NCBI GenBank assembly: GCA_965205865.1
Contig: CBDBHR010000026.1
Span: 192,001-256,000, forward strand
Length of the DNA stretch: 64,000 nucleotides
Direction: 5' to 3'
DNA from: a bacterium
GTDB lineage: Bacteria > SAR324 > NAC60-12
The position numbers and the translations under genes are program-made. Below the pieces are notes generated by a model. That model was not told the DNA's origin, did no database searches, and saw nothing but the letters and a program-made list of their open reading frames with translations. Shown here piece after piece: positions 53,810 to 64,000 of the stretch. The stretch's first letter is position 1. Each line of letters begins with the position of its first letter.

Positions 53810-54319
53810 AAAATTTCAAATCTTGAAGATTTACGGAAAAACGAAAGAAACCAGTCCGAAGATACTGTAACTGCAACGATTGACCCTTCATGCGAGCTGG
53901 TACGCACTCGGGTTTTCTCAAATCTTCGCGTCACAAATATCAGTTTATCATCCTGATATAATTAAGTAAAGAATCCACCTTCTTAGAAGGTGGTTTTGAT
54001 GGGCCCCTGGAAGGGGCGACTCGTGATCGTACTCGTGAGCCGTGCTCGTGCTCATGAACGAAACGGCATCCCAGAGAATCCTGGATTCCCTGCCGTCTCT
54101 TCTATTCGGAATCCCCATCTCAAGGGAATCGGGAACGTTTCTATCGAGCACGTGTACGATTACGAACACGTGCACGTTTCTGGCAGAGCCGATTATCTCT
54201 GACCACGCCCACCTGGATTCTGTCAGTTCGATGGATGTGGTTGGAGCCCAATTAGCTATAATTGCAATAACGGAGCTGCACTCCAACGCATTTCCGACAG
54301 AAACCTTGCGGTAGAAGCT

Positions 54320-55285
54320 ATGAAAACGTACATCATCCGGCGGGTCCTGCTGCTGATTCCGACCTTTTTTCTGGTCACCATTTTGGTGTTCCTCTCGGTG
54401 CGGTTCATACCCGGGGATGTCATAGACACGCTTTTGTACCGGATGGAGGATGGGGCAGGCGGCGGCGCCCACATCGACCGTGCGGGGCTCGAGCAGCGGC
54501 TGGGGCTGGACGTGCCGGTCCCCGTGCAGTATGGCCGCTGGATGGGCGGCATACTCCTGCGTGGCGACCTGGGCAAGCCTCTGTTGAAGGCGGAACCGGT
54601 CGGTCAACTGATCGCCGGCCGGCTGCCGACCACCATCGAGCTGGGTCTGGTGTCGATCCTCATTGGTCTGCTGATCGGAGTGCCCATCGGGATTTACTCT
54701 GCAATCAAGCAGAACATCCTGGGAGACTACGCCGCTCGCTCCTTCGCCATCTTCGGCCTGGCGACGCCCAACTTCTGGCTGGCCACCATCATCCTCATCT
54801 TCCCGGCGATCTGGTGGGGATGGGCTCCCCCGCTGCGTCTGGTGCGCCTGAACGACGACTTCGTCGGCCACTTTGGCATCTTCATCGTGCCGGGTCTGAT
54901 CCTCGGCACCTATCTGGCAGCGGGCACGATGCGGATGACCCGCACGATGATGCTGGAGGTGCTCCGGCAGGATTACATTCGCACAGCATGGGCCAAGGGC
55001 CTCAGAGAGCGCCTGGTCATCCTGCGGCACGCCATCAAGAACGCGCTGATCCCGGTGGTGACCTTGATTGGACTGCAGCTGCCCTTAGTGATCGGCGGTA
55101 CGGTGATCATGGAGCAGATGTTCGCCATCCCGGGTCTGGGACGGCTGATGATCAATGCCTTCAATAATCGCGACTACCCGTTGATATAGGGGATCAATCT
55201 CTTCTTTGCCTTCGCGGTCATGACGATTAATTTGTTCATCGACCTCCTCTACTCCTACCTGGATCCACGAATCCAATACAAGTAA
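54320..55285 (+). pseudogene. ABC permease B with an in-frame TAG at 55187-55189
   Basis: Frame continues GINLFF...YLDPRIQYK after the stop; the paralog at 60373 has CAG (Gln) here. Confidence 0.85.
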
Positions 55286-55520
55286 GCGGACTCTCGATGC
55301 GTGAAGTGACGCGACCCAAATCGAAACCGCATACCCTATAGCACTACACCTGGGGATAGCAGGAGGCATCGGTCGTTTGTTAAAGGGATCACTCAGTATG
55401 ATGAAGAGAAGGAAGAATTTTTGAAAATTGAGAAGTTGCAACCAAGCAGTTAAAGGCGTAAGCTAAAATTAATCTGATGATGGAGGAATTCATAACGCTC
55501 AAACACTGAAGAGACGATCC

Positions 55521-55796
55521 ATGACAACACTTTTACAACAGACCCTGGAGGAATTAGCTTCAACAGAAAAACAGCAAAAACGGTTGGTAGCTTATTTGAG
55601 AGAACACGAAGCAGAGATTTTAAATTACGTCAACAACGAGGTGGACACGCCTCCTCCTAAAACCCCCGATCCAAAAGAGACAGAAAATGACCCATGGGCA
55701 ACCCTTGATATTGACAGTATCGCCGTTGAGACAGGGATTCCCGATCTTGCCAAAAATTATAAACATTATCTTTACGACCTTCCAAAACGCCCATGA
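55521..55796 (+). CDS. Putative VapB-type antitoxin
   Basis: C-terminal TGIPDLAKNYKHYLY; ATGA overlap with the PIN gene. Confidence 0.75.
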   Translation: MTTLLQQTLEELASTEKQQKRLVAYLREHEAEILNYVNNEVDTPPPKTPDPKETENDPWATLDIDSIAVETGIPDLAKNYKHYLYDLPKRP

Positions 55797-56200
55797 GTCT
55801 TATCTTTGTTGACACTTCTGCACTTATTGCCCTGGGGAATAAACAGGATGACTTGCATGATAAAGCTAAAAACATCAGAAACGCCTTAATCCAAGCCCAC
55901 CAGTCCTTTATTACAACAAACGCCATTTTACTCGAATTGTGCAATACGTTTAGTGCTCTGAATTTGAGAAATGGCGCCATCCAATTGGTGACGGCCATCC
56001 GACAATCGCCGACCTGGTATTGTGTTGCGATTGATCCCCTGATGGACGCAGGGATTGAGTTATTCAAACAACGACTGGATAAAGAATGGAGTCTTGTAGA
56101 TTGTCAGAGTATTTTAGTAGCTCAAACATATAAAATCACGGACATCTTCACCCATGACCACCATTTTGAGCAAGCCGGATTTAACATTCTGTTGAAATAA
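55793..56200 (+). CDS. VapC/PIN domain toxin
   Basis: IFVDTSALIAL, WSLVDCQS, FTHDHHFEQAGF. Confidence 0.9.
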   Translation: MSLIFVDTSALIALGNKQDDLHDKAKNIRNALIQAHQSFITTNAILLELCNTFSALNLRNGAIQLVTAIRQSPTWYCVAIDPLMDAGIELFKQRLDKEWSLVDCQSILVAQTYKITDIFTHDHHFEQAGFNILLK

Positions 56201-56234
56201 TTATCGAGGCATGGAGAGGGAAAAGATCAAAGGA

Positions 56235-56322
56235 ATGGCTAAAACCAGCGCGAGTTGGGCACGGCTGATCCATAAGATCTTCGAAGTGGATCCACTCTTA
56301 TGTCCCAATTGTGGTAAAGACA
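56235..56322 (+). pseudogene. IS91-type transposase C-terminal remnant
   Basis: ASWARLIHKIFEVDPLLCPNCG. Confidence 0.6.
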
Positions 56323-56358
56323 GGTACTATCGTTTTGTGTAATTTTTGATTTTGCTAT

Positions 56359-56887
56359 GTGGCAATTTCGATATACTTAGAGCCAGGGAGAAAACCTGCT
56401 CCGAAAAAACAGGTCAATCGTTTCAGCTTAAGGAATGTCTATGAGGATAAAGCCATGCGAATTCATGCTCCCAAAAAAAATGACCGCTTTGGACGAGGGG
56501 CTACTTTTGTCTGCATTCATTGGAAGTTGAATTTATACCGAAATCAAAAACTCTCGCTCGTAGTCGCTGGTCCGAAAAGAGGCATTTGATAGAATTGTTA
56601 ACCTATGCTATTGTAGAGAAGTTTTCTAAACTGACGAGAGAGGAGATAGAGAAGATGCTCAAACTGACCCCATTGGACGAAACCGTCGCCGGAAAAGAAC
56701 TGATCCAAATCGGAAAATCTCAAGGTTTGCAAGAAGGTCAAGAAGAAGGGATACTGATCGGTCAAATCCACATGACTCAAAACCTTCTCAACAAGAGAGG
56801 ACTCCTAAAGAAGAGTTGATTCGAAAAAGGAATGAAGAGTTACAAAGCCTGCTTCAACAGCTTCAATCTCAACTCAATCGCTCCTAA
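56359..56887 (+). pseudogene. Rpn/DUF2887-like putative transposase fragment, frameshifted
   Basis: LIELLTYAIVEKFSKLTREEIEKML...GKELIQIG..QGLQEGQEEG. Confidence 0.6.
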
Positions 56888-56943
56888 GCAAACTCAAGCA
56901 ACTTTTTGCGAAAGCTGCTTATTTTGAGTGCGCATCACTCCTT

Positions 56944-58140
56944 GAAATGATGCGCTCTGCATCCCATGCTTTTCGTTCCGGGAAAGGCAGGATTGCACAG
57001 TATTTTCAAGGACTGACACAGAGAAGAGCGAGGATCAAGTCCAGGATGAGACAAGCACTCGCTACTGAGGAGTTAAGATGAGTAATAAAATCTTTTGACA
57101 TCCTCTAAATTTTTTTATATTGTCCTGGAAGGATGCCTTTGCTATTTTTAAGGACTGACACAGATAGGAGCCAAGATCAAGTCCAGGATGAGACAAGCAC
57201 TCGCCACTGAGGAGTTAAGATGAGCAAAAAAATCTATTGACATCCTCTAAATATTTTTATATTGTGCTGGAAGGATGCCTTTGCTATTCTGGGAGCGAAA
57301 GTCATATTTTAGACACGTTTTGAAATATCGTCAGATGGATAGGATACTGAATGGGATAATGAAATCTACCAGGATTTTGCCATCATCGTTCTTTTGTGAT
57401 AGTTTTCAAGAAATCGCCTTGGGCTGACGGTTTTTAAGAATTTCGGCTTGTTTTTCGTTTTCTCTTTTGATAGATTTCAAGAAAACGCCTTTGATTGAAG
57501 GGTTTATTTCAATTTTGCTAATATTTTAGCCGAAAGTCATGTAAAACATCATATCCTCACCAGAGGATTTTTAGAAACGGTCAACGGGGAATTGAAAAGT
57601 GCCCAAATTTTACTTTTATTTTAAATAAATCGGATATTGATTAAAAAAACATATTGACTTCCTGTTCTGGATATGAGAAAATTTGCCTTAAATTGTCGCT
57701 GTAGCGAAATAGCTTTTAGCCGTCTGCTGTCAGCTGTCAGTTTTTGAATCAAATTGATATACAGTTTTTTTGTAAGTGAAAACCGATAGCTGAGAACAGA
57801 TAGCCTTTAATGCTTGACAAACATTTGCAAGATTATACAGTATTTTATTCCAGGAACAGAAGAGCAATAATGAGATCCTTCGCTTTGCTCAGGATGACAT
57901 GAAAGGCTAATATTAACCCATTTCAAGTTTAAAAGCATCTTGACAATAAGGTGGATATGAGAGTAAACTCAAACACCCAGCTCCCAGCTCCCAGTAATAA
58001 GTTCCAAGCAACAAGTCACAAGTCCCCAATCCCAAGTTCTACCCCCTTATATTATCTCGACCTCAGGGAGAGATCCATAAGATTCCTAGTTCCCAATCCC
58101 AAGTTCCAAGAACAGAAGGGCAATCGGGAAAATCATGGGC
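56944..58140 (+). promoter_or_regulatory. Conserved ABC-module leader, copy E, with an internal ~140 bp tandem duplication
   Basis: Homologous to 23118-24150; aaggactgacacaga...gatgcctttgctatt occurs twice (about 57008 and 57149); short heptamer tract (ccagctc)2. Confidence 0.75.
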
Positions 58141-58283
58141 GTCTGAGAACGTCCTTTATTCGTTCTTTTTTATAAGGAGAACACCATGCTGAAATCAGGA
58201 AAGCGGAATTGGTCCGCCAAACAAGGAAAGCTGGTCAAGCCTGCAGATAAACTTCACGTTAACAATCATATAAGGAGGTAGTT

Positions 58284-60311
58284 ATGAAACGAGCATTATC
58301 TTTAGCAAGCGAGGTTCCTATGTATCTTAAGAAATTTCTGGCCCGCTTCGTTGGGCTGACCGTGGCAAACGTCGTGTCTGCTGCGAAAACCCGATTCGCC
58401 CCATGTCGGGTGAATCGTTCTCAAAACCCTCAATTTAAAGAGGTTCTTATGTATTGTATTTTAAAGAAACTTGTCGCCTCCATCGCGAGGCTGAACCCGG
58501 TAGGCTCTTTGTCTGCTGTACAAAAGCTTGTCCTCGCAAAAGCGGGGATGCCACCCTTGTTGCTCACCTTCACCCTGATGGTGGCCGCCCTCTGGGTCAG
58601 TTCGGCCGTGGCGGCTGAGAAAGAGACGGTGTTCGACCCCGCCACCGGCCAGACGTGGACTGCGCATGAGTATGGCGGGACACTCACGTTTGGCATGAAG
58701 CGCTATCCTAAGAGTGCTGACGTGTGGTACGCTGGTGGCTGGGCGCCTGTCCTCATCAGTGGTGTTAATGAGAAGCTAGCCTTCGCCGACTGGGGACTAT
58801 CCAGGGAAAAGACCGCTGACTTTTACCACTTTGTGACCCCAGCGATGACCACAGGGTGTCTGGCGGAAAGCTGGTCGCAGCCCGACCCCACAACGTTCAT
58901 CTGGCACATCCGCCAGGGCGTTTTCTGGGACAATAAGGAGCCGGTGAACGGTCGTCAGTTCGATGCTTATGACGTCGAATGGAACTATCACCGCTATTTG
59001 GGTCTGGGTGAATTCAGCGAACTCGGAATCAGCCCCGAAGTTGAGGATATAACGAATGGTCTCTCGTACGAATCGGTAACGGCCACCGATAAATGGACGG
59101 TTGAGGTTAAGCTGGCGAAGCCTGACGCCGATGTGCTGGGGAAAATGCTACACACCTACCTTTTTGTGTACGCCCCCGAGGTAATCGAGAAATACGGCGA
59201 CGCTCAGGATTGGAGGAACGCGGTCGGCACCGGGCCCTATCGACTGACTGAGTACGTCCAGGACAGCTCGGCAACCTGGGAGAAGAATCCTAACTACTGG
59301 AAATACGACGAAAAATGGCCGGAGAACCGCCTGCCCTATACTGACAAGTTAGTGAGCCTGGCTATGCCAGAGTCAGCGACACGTATATCGGCAATGCGCA
59401 CGGGTAAGATTGATATGCTGACTGAAGCCGGCGACGCTTATATACTGAGTCCCGACTATGTAGAGAGCCTCCAGAAGAGCAACCCTGAAATCGAGTTGTG
59501 GACCATTTATTCCATTGTCATTGACATTTTCGGTTTTAACCAGTCTTCGGAGCTCATGCAGGACGTCAATGTGCGCAAGGCACTGCAGATGGCAGTGGAC
59601 AACGAGGCAATCAACAATTCCTTCTTTAAGGGTTTTGGAGATACAGCACTTTATGGGACAATAAATCAAGATTCTAAAGGGTGGAACTGGCCAGTTGAAG
59701 AATGGCCGGACGAGGTCAAGCAAGAATATACCTATAATCCGAAAAGGGCCGAGGAGATCCTTGATGCGGCTGGATATCCACGCCGCGCCGACGGCTATAG
59801 ATTCAAGGTCAAGCTAGGCAGTGCGGAAAAGTTTGAAACGACCTATGCAGAAATACTCGTGTCGTACTTCGATGCCATTGGCGTTGATAGCGAGATTGAA
59901 GTGGTTACTGCGGCCGACAAGGGAGCTGCCCGAAGGGGGCCGACGATGAAGTGGGATTTACACAATTTTGGGTATTATAGCTGGTTCGCCCCCAACAAGG
60001 ATATATATTGTTTATCAAATTGCGCAGATGGTCATTGGCCCAAAACGAAGGACCAGCGAATGCACGACATAGTTGCCGCCATGAAAGTCGCTGCCACCAT
60101 GGAGGAGTCGATGAGCTTACATCGAGAGGCCGATGAGAAAACGGTAAGGGAGCACTATGCCATAATCAAACCCCAATCCCCTAAGTTTTACGTGAGCCAG
60201 CCGTGGGTCGAGGGTTATTTCGGTGAATCAGGTATGCAACGGGCCTCACGTAATACCTTCATGGCCCGCCTCTGGATTGATAGTGCGATGAAGAAAGAAA
60301 TGGGGCATTAG
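58284..60311 (+). CDS. ABC transporter substrate-binding protein, family 5 (true start uncertain, possibly 58449)
   Basis: EYGGTL, LAESWSQPD, VGTGPY, DVNVRKALQMAVD; paralog of 24332-26104. Confidence 0.9.
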   Translation: MKRALSLASEVPMYLKKFLARFVGLTVANVVSAAKTRFAPCRVNRSQNPQFKEVLMYCILKKLVASIARLNPVGSLSAVQKLVLAKAGMPPLLLTFTLMVAALWVSSAVAAEKETVFDPATGQTWTAHEYGGTLTFGMKRYPKSADVWYAGGWAPVLISGVNEKLAFADWGLSREKTADFYHFVTPAMTTGCLAESWSQPDPTTFIWHIRQGVFWDNKEPVNGRQFDAYDVEWNYHRYLGLGEFSELGISPEVEDITNGLSYESVTATDKWTVEVKLAKPDADVLGKMLHTYLFVYAPEVIEKYGDAQDWRNAVGTGPYRLTEYVQDSSATWEKNPNYWKYDEKWPENRLPYTDKLVSLAMPESATRISAMRTGKIDMLTEAGDAYILSPDYVESLQKSNPEIELWTIYSIVIDIFGFNQSSELMQDVNVRKALQMAVDNEAINNSFFKGFGDTALYGTINQDSKGWNWPVEEWPDEVKQEYTYNPKRAEEILDAAGYPRRADGYRFKVKLGSAEKFETTYAEILVSYFDAIGVDSEIEVVTAADKGAARRGPTMKWDLHNFGYYSWFAPNKDIYCLSNCADGHWPKTKDQRMHDIVAAMKVAATMEESMSLHREADEKTVREHYAIIKPQSPKFYVSQPWVEGYFGESGMQRASRNTFMARLWIDSAMKKEMGH

Positions 60312-60372
60312 AAGCCATGTTAAAACCTTGTTTCCCCTCCCCTGGCGGGAGGGGTAGGGGAGGGGGTTTCCC

Positions 60373-61377
60373 ATGAGAACATATTTCATCAGGCGGTTAT
60401 TGCTCATGATCCCGACCCTGTTTCTCCTGAGTATCCTGGTCTTTCTCTCGGTGCGCTTCATCCCCGGCGATGTCGTCGACATCATGGTAGCTAAGATGCA
60501 CGGATGGGGGGGTGGCTATACAAACCGTGAAGTTCTTGAGCGTGTGTTGGGATTAGACGTGCCTGTGCACGTACAGTACGGACGCTGGATAGGAGTGTTG
60601 CCGACCCCTGACTGGAAGACCGGTGAGTCTCAATTCAGCGGTATCCTCCAGGGCACCCTTGGCAAATCACTGTATGCCACCCATTTGTCGATAGAGGAAC
60701 AGGTATTAGAGAGATTGCCAGTAACCCTTGAGCTGGGTCTCATGGCCATCGTGATCGGGTTGGTGATCGCGCTACCGGTGGGCATCTACTCGGCGATTCG
60801 CCAGGATACTGCCACCGACTACCTGGGGCGCTCCATCGCCATCATCGGCCTGGCCACGCCTAACTTCTGGCTGGCAATTATGGTCATCCTCTACCCGGCA
60901 ATCTGGTGGGGCTGGGCGCCATCGATAAGGTATATCCCTCTTGTCGAAAACCCGCTGGGGAATCTGGTGATGTTCCTCATTCCCAGCGTGATTCTGGGGA
61001 CGGCCATGGCTGCCGAGACCATGCGGATGACACGCACCATGATGCTGGAGGTCTTAAGGCAGGACTACATCCGCACCGCCTGGTCCAAAGGGCTCAAGGA
61101 GCAGGTCGTGGTGATCCGGCACGCCATCAAGAATGCCCTCATCCCGATAGTTACCCTGATCGGCCTGCGCTTGCCCCTCCTGATCGGGGGCTCCGTTATC
61201 ATGGAAGAAATATTTGTTCTGCCGGGGATCGGTCGTTTATACCTGGATGCAATCGAGAGCAGAGACTACCCGGCGGTCCAGGGAATCAACCTGTTTTTCG
61301 CCACCGGGGTAGTGGGGATCAATCTCTTCATCGACCTGATTTATGCTTTCTTGGACCCCAGGGTTCAGTATAAATAG
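60373..61377 (+). CDS. ABC permease B (OppB/DppB-like)
   Basis: [35 protein letters not shown]. Confidence 0.93.
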   Translation: MRTYFIRRLLLMIPTLFLLSILVFLSVRFIPGDVVDIMVAKMHGWGGGYTNREVLERVLGLDVPVHVQYGRWIGVLPTPDWKTGESQFSGILQGTLGKSLYATHLSIEEQVLERLPVTLELGLMAIVIGLVIALPVGIYSAIRQDTATDYLGRSIAIIGLATPNFWLAIMVILYPAIWWGWAPSIRYIPLVENPLGNLVMFLIPSVILGTAMAAETMRMTRTMMLEVLRQDYIRTAWSKGLKEQVVVIRHAIKNALIPIVTLIGLRLPLLIGGSVIMEEIFVLPGIGRLYLDAIESRDYPAVQGINLFFATGVVGINLFIDLIYAFLDPRVQYK

Positions 61378-61425
61378 TCGTTTTGCTACTGGTAAATATG
61401 GGTTTGAGATTCGTATGTAGGAAGA

Positions 61426-61682
61426 AGTCCCTGAGGGACGAAAGAAAGTAGCCCAGCGATTTATCGCTGGGTACAAATGGCTCCTTCAAAGTCCCGGAGG
61501 GACGAAACAACAATGAGGTCTCATATCCCATGAAAACATAATCTTAAATATGATGAGTGTTATATTTTGCATTAATTCGCTCGACCGAAGAAGTGTCGTC
61601 TCTCTGGGACTAGCTGAGAGGAAGGGGGTTTCCTTACCCAGCAATGAATTGCTGGGCTATACCTTTTCGTCCCTCAGGGACT
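61426..61682. mobile_element. REP-flanked RAYT locus with almost the whole transposase deleted
   Basis: Left REPs gtccctgagggacg...gcccagcgatttatcgctggg, right REPs inverted; between them KHNLKYDECYILH* matches the KHNIEYDEHYIWE* end at 19730-19769. Confidence 0.72.
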
Positions 61683-61704
61683 GTATCATAGAAAAATCGG
61701 GATC

Positions 61705-62671
61705 ATGAACAACACCCAAGAAACACCCCGCTATCCGTGAGCCCAAGCGACGAAGCCGGTTTGCGGCTTTCTTGATCAGGTTTCTCAAGGAGAAGCCACT
61801 CGGTACTGCCTGCGGGTTTATCATCTTGATCTTGATTTTAGTGGCAATCTTTGCCGATGCGCTGGCGCCTTATTCCCATAAGGAAGCACACCTGATAGAC
61901 AGGCTGCAGACCCCATCAGCCAAGTATCTGCTGGGTACCGACCACATAGGACGAGACTTACTCAGCCGCCTGATCTACGGGGCGCGTATCTCCGTACTTG
62001 TCGGCCTGGCCGCGACCGCAATCAATGTGGTCTTCGCTGTCCTCATCGGCGGCATTTCAGGATTCCTCGAGGGTAAAGTGGATCTGGCGGTGCAGCGCTT
62101 TGTCGATGCCTGGATTGCCTTTCCGGGACTGCTGCTCTTGCTGACCCTCGTGTCCGTCGTGGGACAGGGGTTGCTCCAGATCATCCTGGTGCTGGGGATC
62201 GCCGGTGGAGTCGAAGGCTCCCGCGTCGTGCGGGGTGCGGTGATCGCCATTAAAGAGAATGACTATTTTCTGGCAGCCCAGGCCGTGGGCACCCCGACCA
62301 GCCAAATCCTCAACCGTCATGTGCTGCCCAATATTATGGCACCCGTCATCATTATCTTCTCCATTAACATCGGGGGGGTGATTATGACTTTGGCTGCTCT
62401 GGGCTTCCTCGGATACGGTCTGCCACCCAACATTCCTGACTGGGGAGGGATGCTCAGCCGGGAAGGGCGCCGGTACATGGAGATGGCCCCCTGGCTGGCG
62501 CTCTGGCCCGGTCTTTGCTTGACGATTGCCGTCTACGCGCTCAACATGTTCGGCGACGCCATCAGAGACTTGCTCGATCCCCGGCTGCGGGGCGGACAAG
62601 GCAGTTACGGCATCACGGGGAAACGCAAACGCGGATTCCTCACCCGACTGATCAACCCTTTCAGATGGTAA
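61705..62671 (+). CDS. ABC permease C; original ATG at 61705 out of frame, possible restart at TTG 61772
   Basis: LLGTDHIGRDLLSRLIYGARIS, HVLPNIMAP, GDAIRDLLDP; comparison with 20042 shows a 5' indel. Confidence 0.8.
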
Positions 62672-62994
62672 ACGCACCAAAAATTGTAAAAATACTTGTT
62701 TAACTTTTTCTACAATGTTAAATCTTCATAGGTGTTCGGGATTTAAAAAGATAAGTAAAGAATCCACCTTCTTAGAAGGTGATTTTGATGGGCCCCTGGA
62801 AGGGGCGGCTCGTGAGCCGTGCTCGTGCTCGTGAACGAAATGGCATCCCAGAGAAACCTGGATTCCCTCTCAAGAGAATCGGGAACGTTTCTATCGAGCA
62901 CGTGCACGATTTTGGCAGAGCCGATTGTCTCTGACCACAACTAGGCGTCCCCGCCCAAAGGACGTTGTTTCATCAGATAAAATGAAAGGAAAAT

Positions 62995-63873
62995 ATGAAG
63001 TATTACAAAATCATTTCAGCAAATGGCAGCTCCCGATTTACCGTGGAACAAGAGGAAGGCCTCCTCGCAGACCTGACTTCGGTGGATGAAAATCTGTCAG
63101 ACCTGGAAGTCATTGCTCGTGCCGCATCCCTCTCCGGAGTCAGCATAGACAAGATTGCAGAACGGATCATCGAGTCCGGCAAGCCCCCAATCCTGAAAAT
63201 GGAGGAGGTCTTGGATGAAAAAAGCGATATGCGACTGGCTCGTCCCTTCGACCCTCCGGAAGTGTGGGGTGCCGGCGCGACCTATAACAAAGATCTGAGC
63301 AAGGCCTCGGAAAGTTACATCAAGATCTATCAGGCAGAGCGCCCGATGCTTTTCTTCAAGGCAACGCCACAACGATGTGTCGGCCCCTTTGTGTCCGTTG
63401 GAATCCGGGAGGACAGCGCGATCAACATCCCGGAGCCTGAGCTCGCCTTTGTACTCTACCAGGGGGAGATCATTGGCTACACTGTCGCCAACGACATGAG
63501 CGCCGTGTCCCTTGAGGGAGAAAATACGTATTACCAGCCCCAGGCCAAAGTCTATAATCAGAGCTGCGCCATCGGGCCCTGCTTCGTGACTGCTGAATCG
63601 ATCAAAACCCCTGAGGACCTGGATTTACGCTGCTCTACAAGACGTGACAACGAAGTAGTGTGGTACGGCGAGAGCTCCACTTCCCATTTGGCCCGCAGTT
63701 GCGCCCAACTGGCCGACTGGATCCAACGGTCCAACTCCATGCCCGACTTGACGACGGTGCTCACCGGATGTGATTGTCATCCCCCGTCCGGATTCACCCT
63801 TCAGCAAGGCGACGTGATCAGCATCACGATCGAGGGAATTGGGACGCTGGAAAACCCCGTCATTGTCGTGTAG
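62995..63873 (+). CDS. Fumarylacetoacetate hydrolase family protein (near-identical paralog of 51107-51985)
   Basis: Same length (292 aa) and motifs as 51107-51985. Confidence 0.9.
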   Translation: MKYYKIISANGSSRFTVEQEEGLLADLTSVDENLSDLEVIARAASLSGVSIDKIAERIIESGKPPILKMEEVLDEKSDMRLARPFDPPEVWGAGATYNKDLSKASESYIKIYQAERPMLFFKATPQRCVGPFVSVGIREDSAINIPEPELAFVLYQGEIIGYTVANDMSAVSLEGENTYYQPQAKVYNQSCAIGPCFVTAESIKTPEDLDLRCSTRRDNEVVWYGESSTSHLARSCAQLADWIQRSNSMPDLTTVLTGCDCHPPSGFTLQQGDVISITIEGIGTLENPVIVV

Positions 63874-64000
63874 ATGGAGCTTGTTTGAGCGGTTCACCGT
63901 TGACCGCTATTGCCTCATGAGGAACTCTACGCTAAGAACCTGTAATAGAGGCAGGATCCGATCATTTGGGGAGGATGATATTTTCAGCCTTCTTAACCCA

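Noticed and set aside
53948-55030. 360 aa minus-strand ORF, and similar ones at 26726-27595, 13567-14481, 6800-7504 and 62057-62680
   Set aside because: Antisense shadows of well-supported genes with no recognisable motifs
55187-55189. In-frame TAG as pyrrolysine or programmed read-through
   Set aside because: The paralog has CAG at this codon, so a single C-to-T nonsense change or sequencing error suffices; TAG is used as a normal stop elsewhere in the window

Overview
Bacterial chromosomal window from a diderm organism (TolC/RND, Lnt, heptose kinase, FabA). The gene style suggests a deltaproteobacterial/SAR324-like host, but this is an inference. Two ordinary housekeeping blocks (4.8-17.6 kb: RND efflux, fabA, PPIase, gpmI, ugd, dapD; 30.2-41.4 kb: ribD-like deaminase, VWA, xth, nadD, glyA, heptose kinase, DsbA, lnt, sensor kinase) alternate with heavily rearranged accessory DNA. 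The accessory DNA is dominated by at least five intact, frameshifted or deletion-collapsed copies of one peptide/nickel-type ABC importer module: ~1 kb conserved AT-rich leader with a heptamer tract, family-5 binding protein, permease B, REP/RAYT remnant, permease C, FAA hydrolase, and no ATPase in the window. Interspersed with these are about eight toxin-antitoxin loci or fragments, attC-like remnants, IS1, IS1380 (two), IS21, ISNCY, IS91 and Rpn remnants, MITEs, several group II intron pieces (including an ORF-less intron joined head-to-tail to a second copy) and an orphan two-repeat CRISPR array. A DUF2322-DapD fusion and a duplicated fabA 3' end are also notable. All family assignments come from motif recognition by eye, without database searches.
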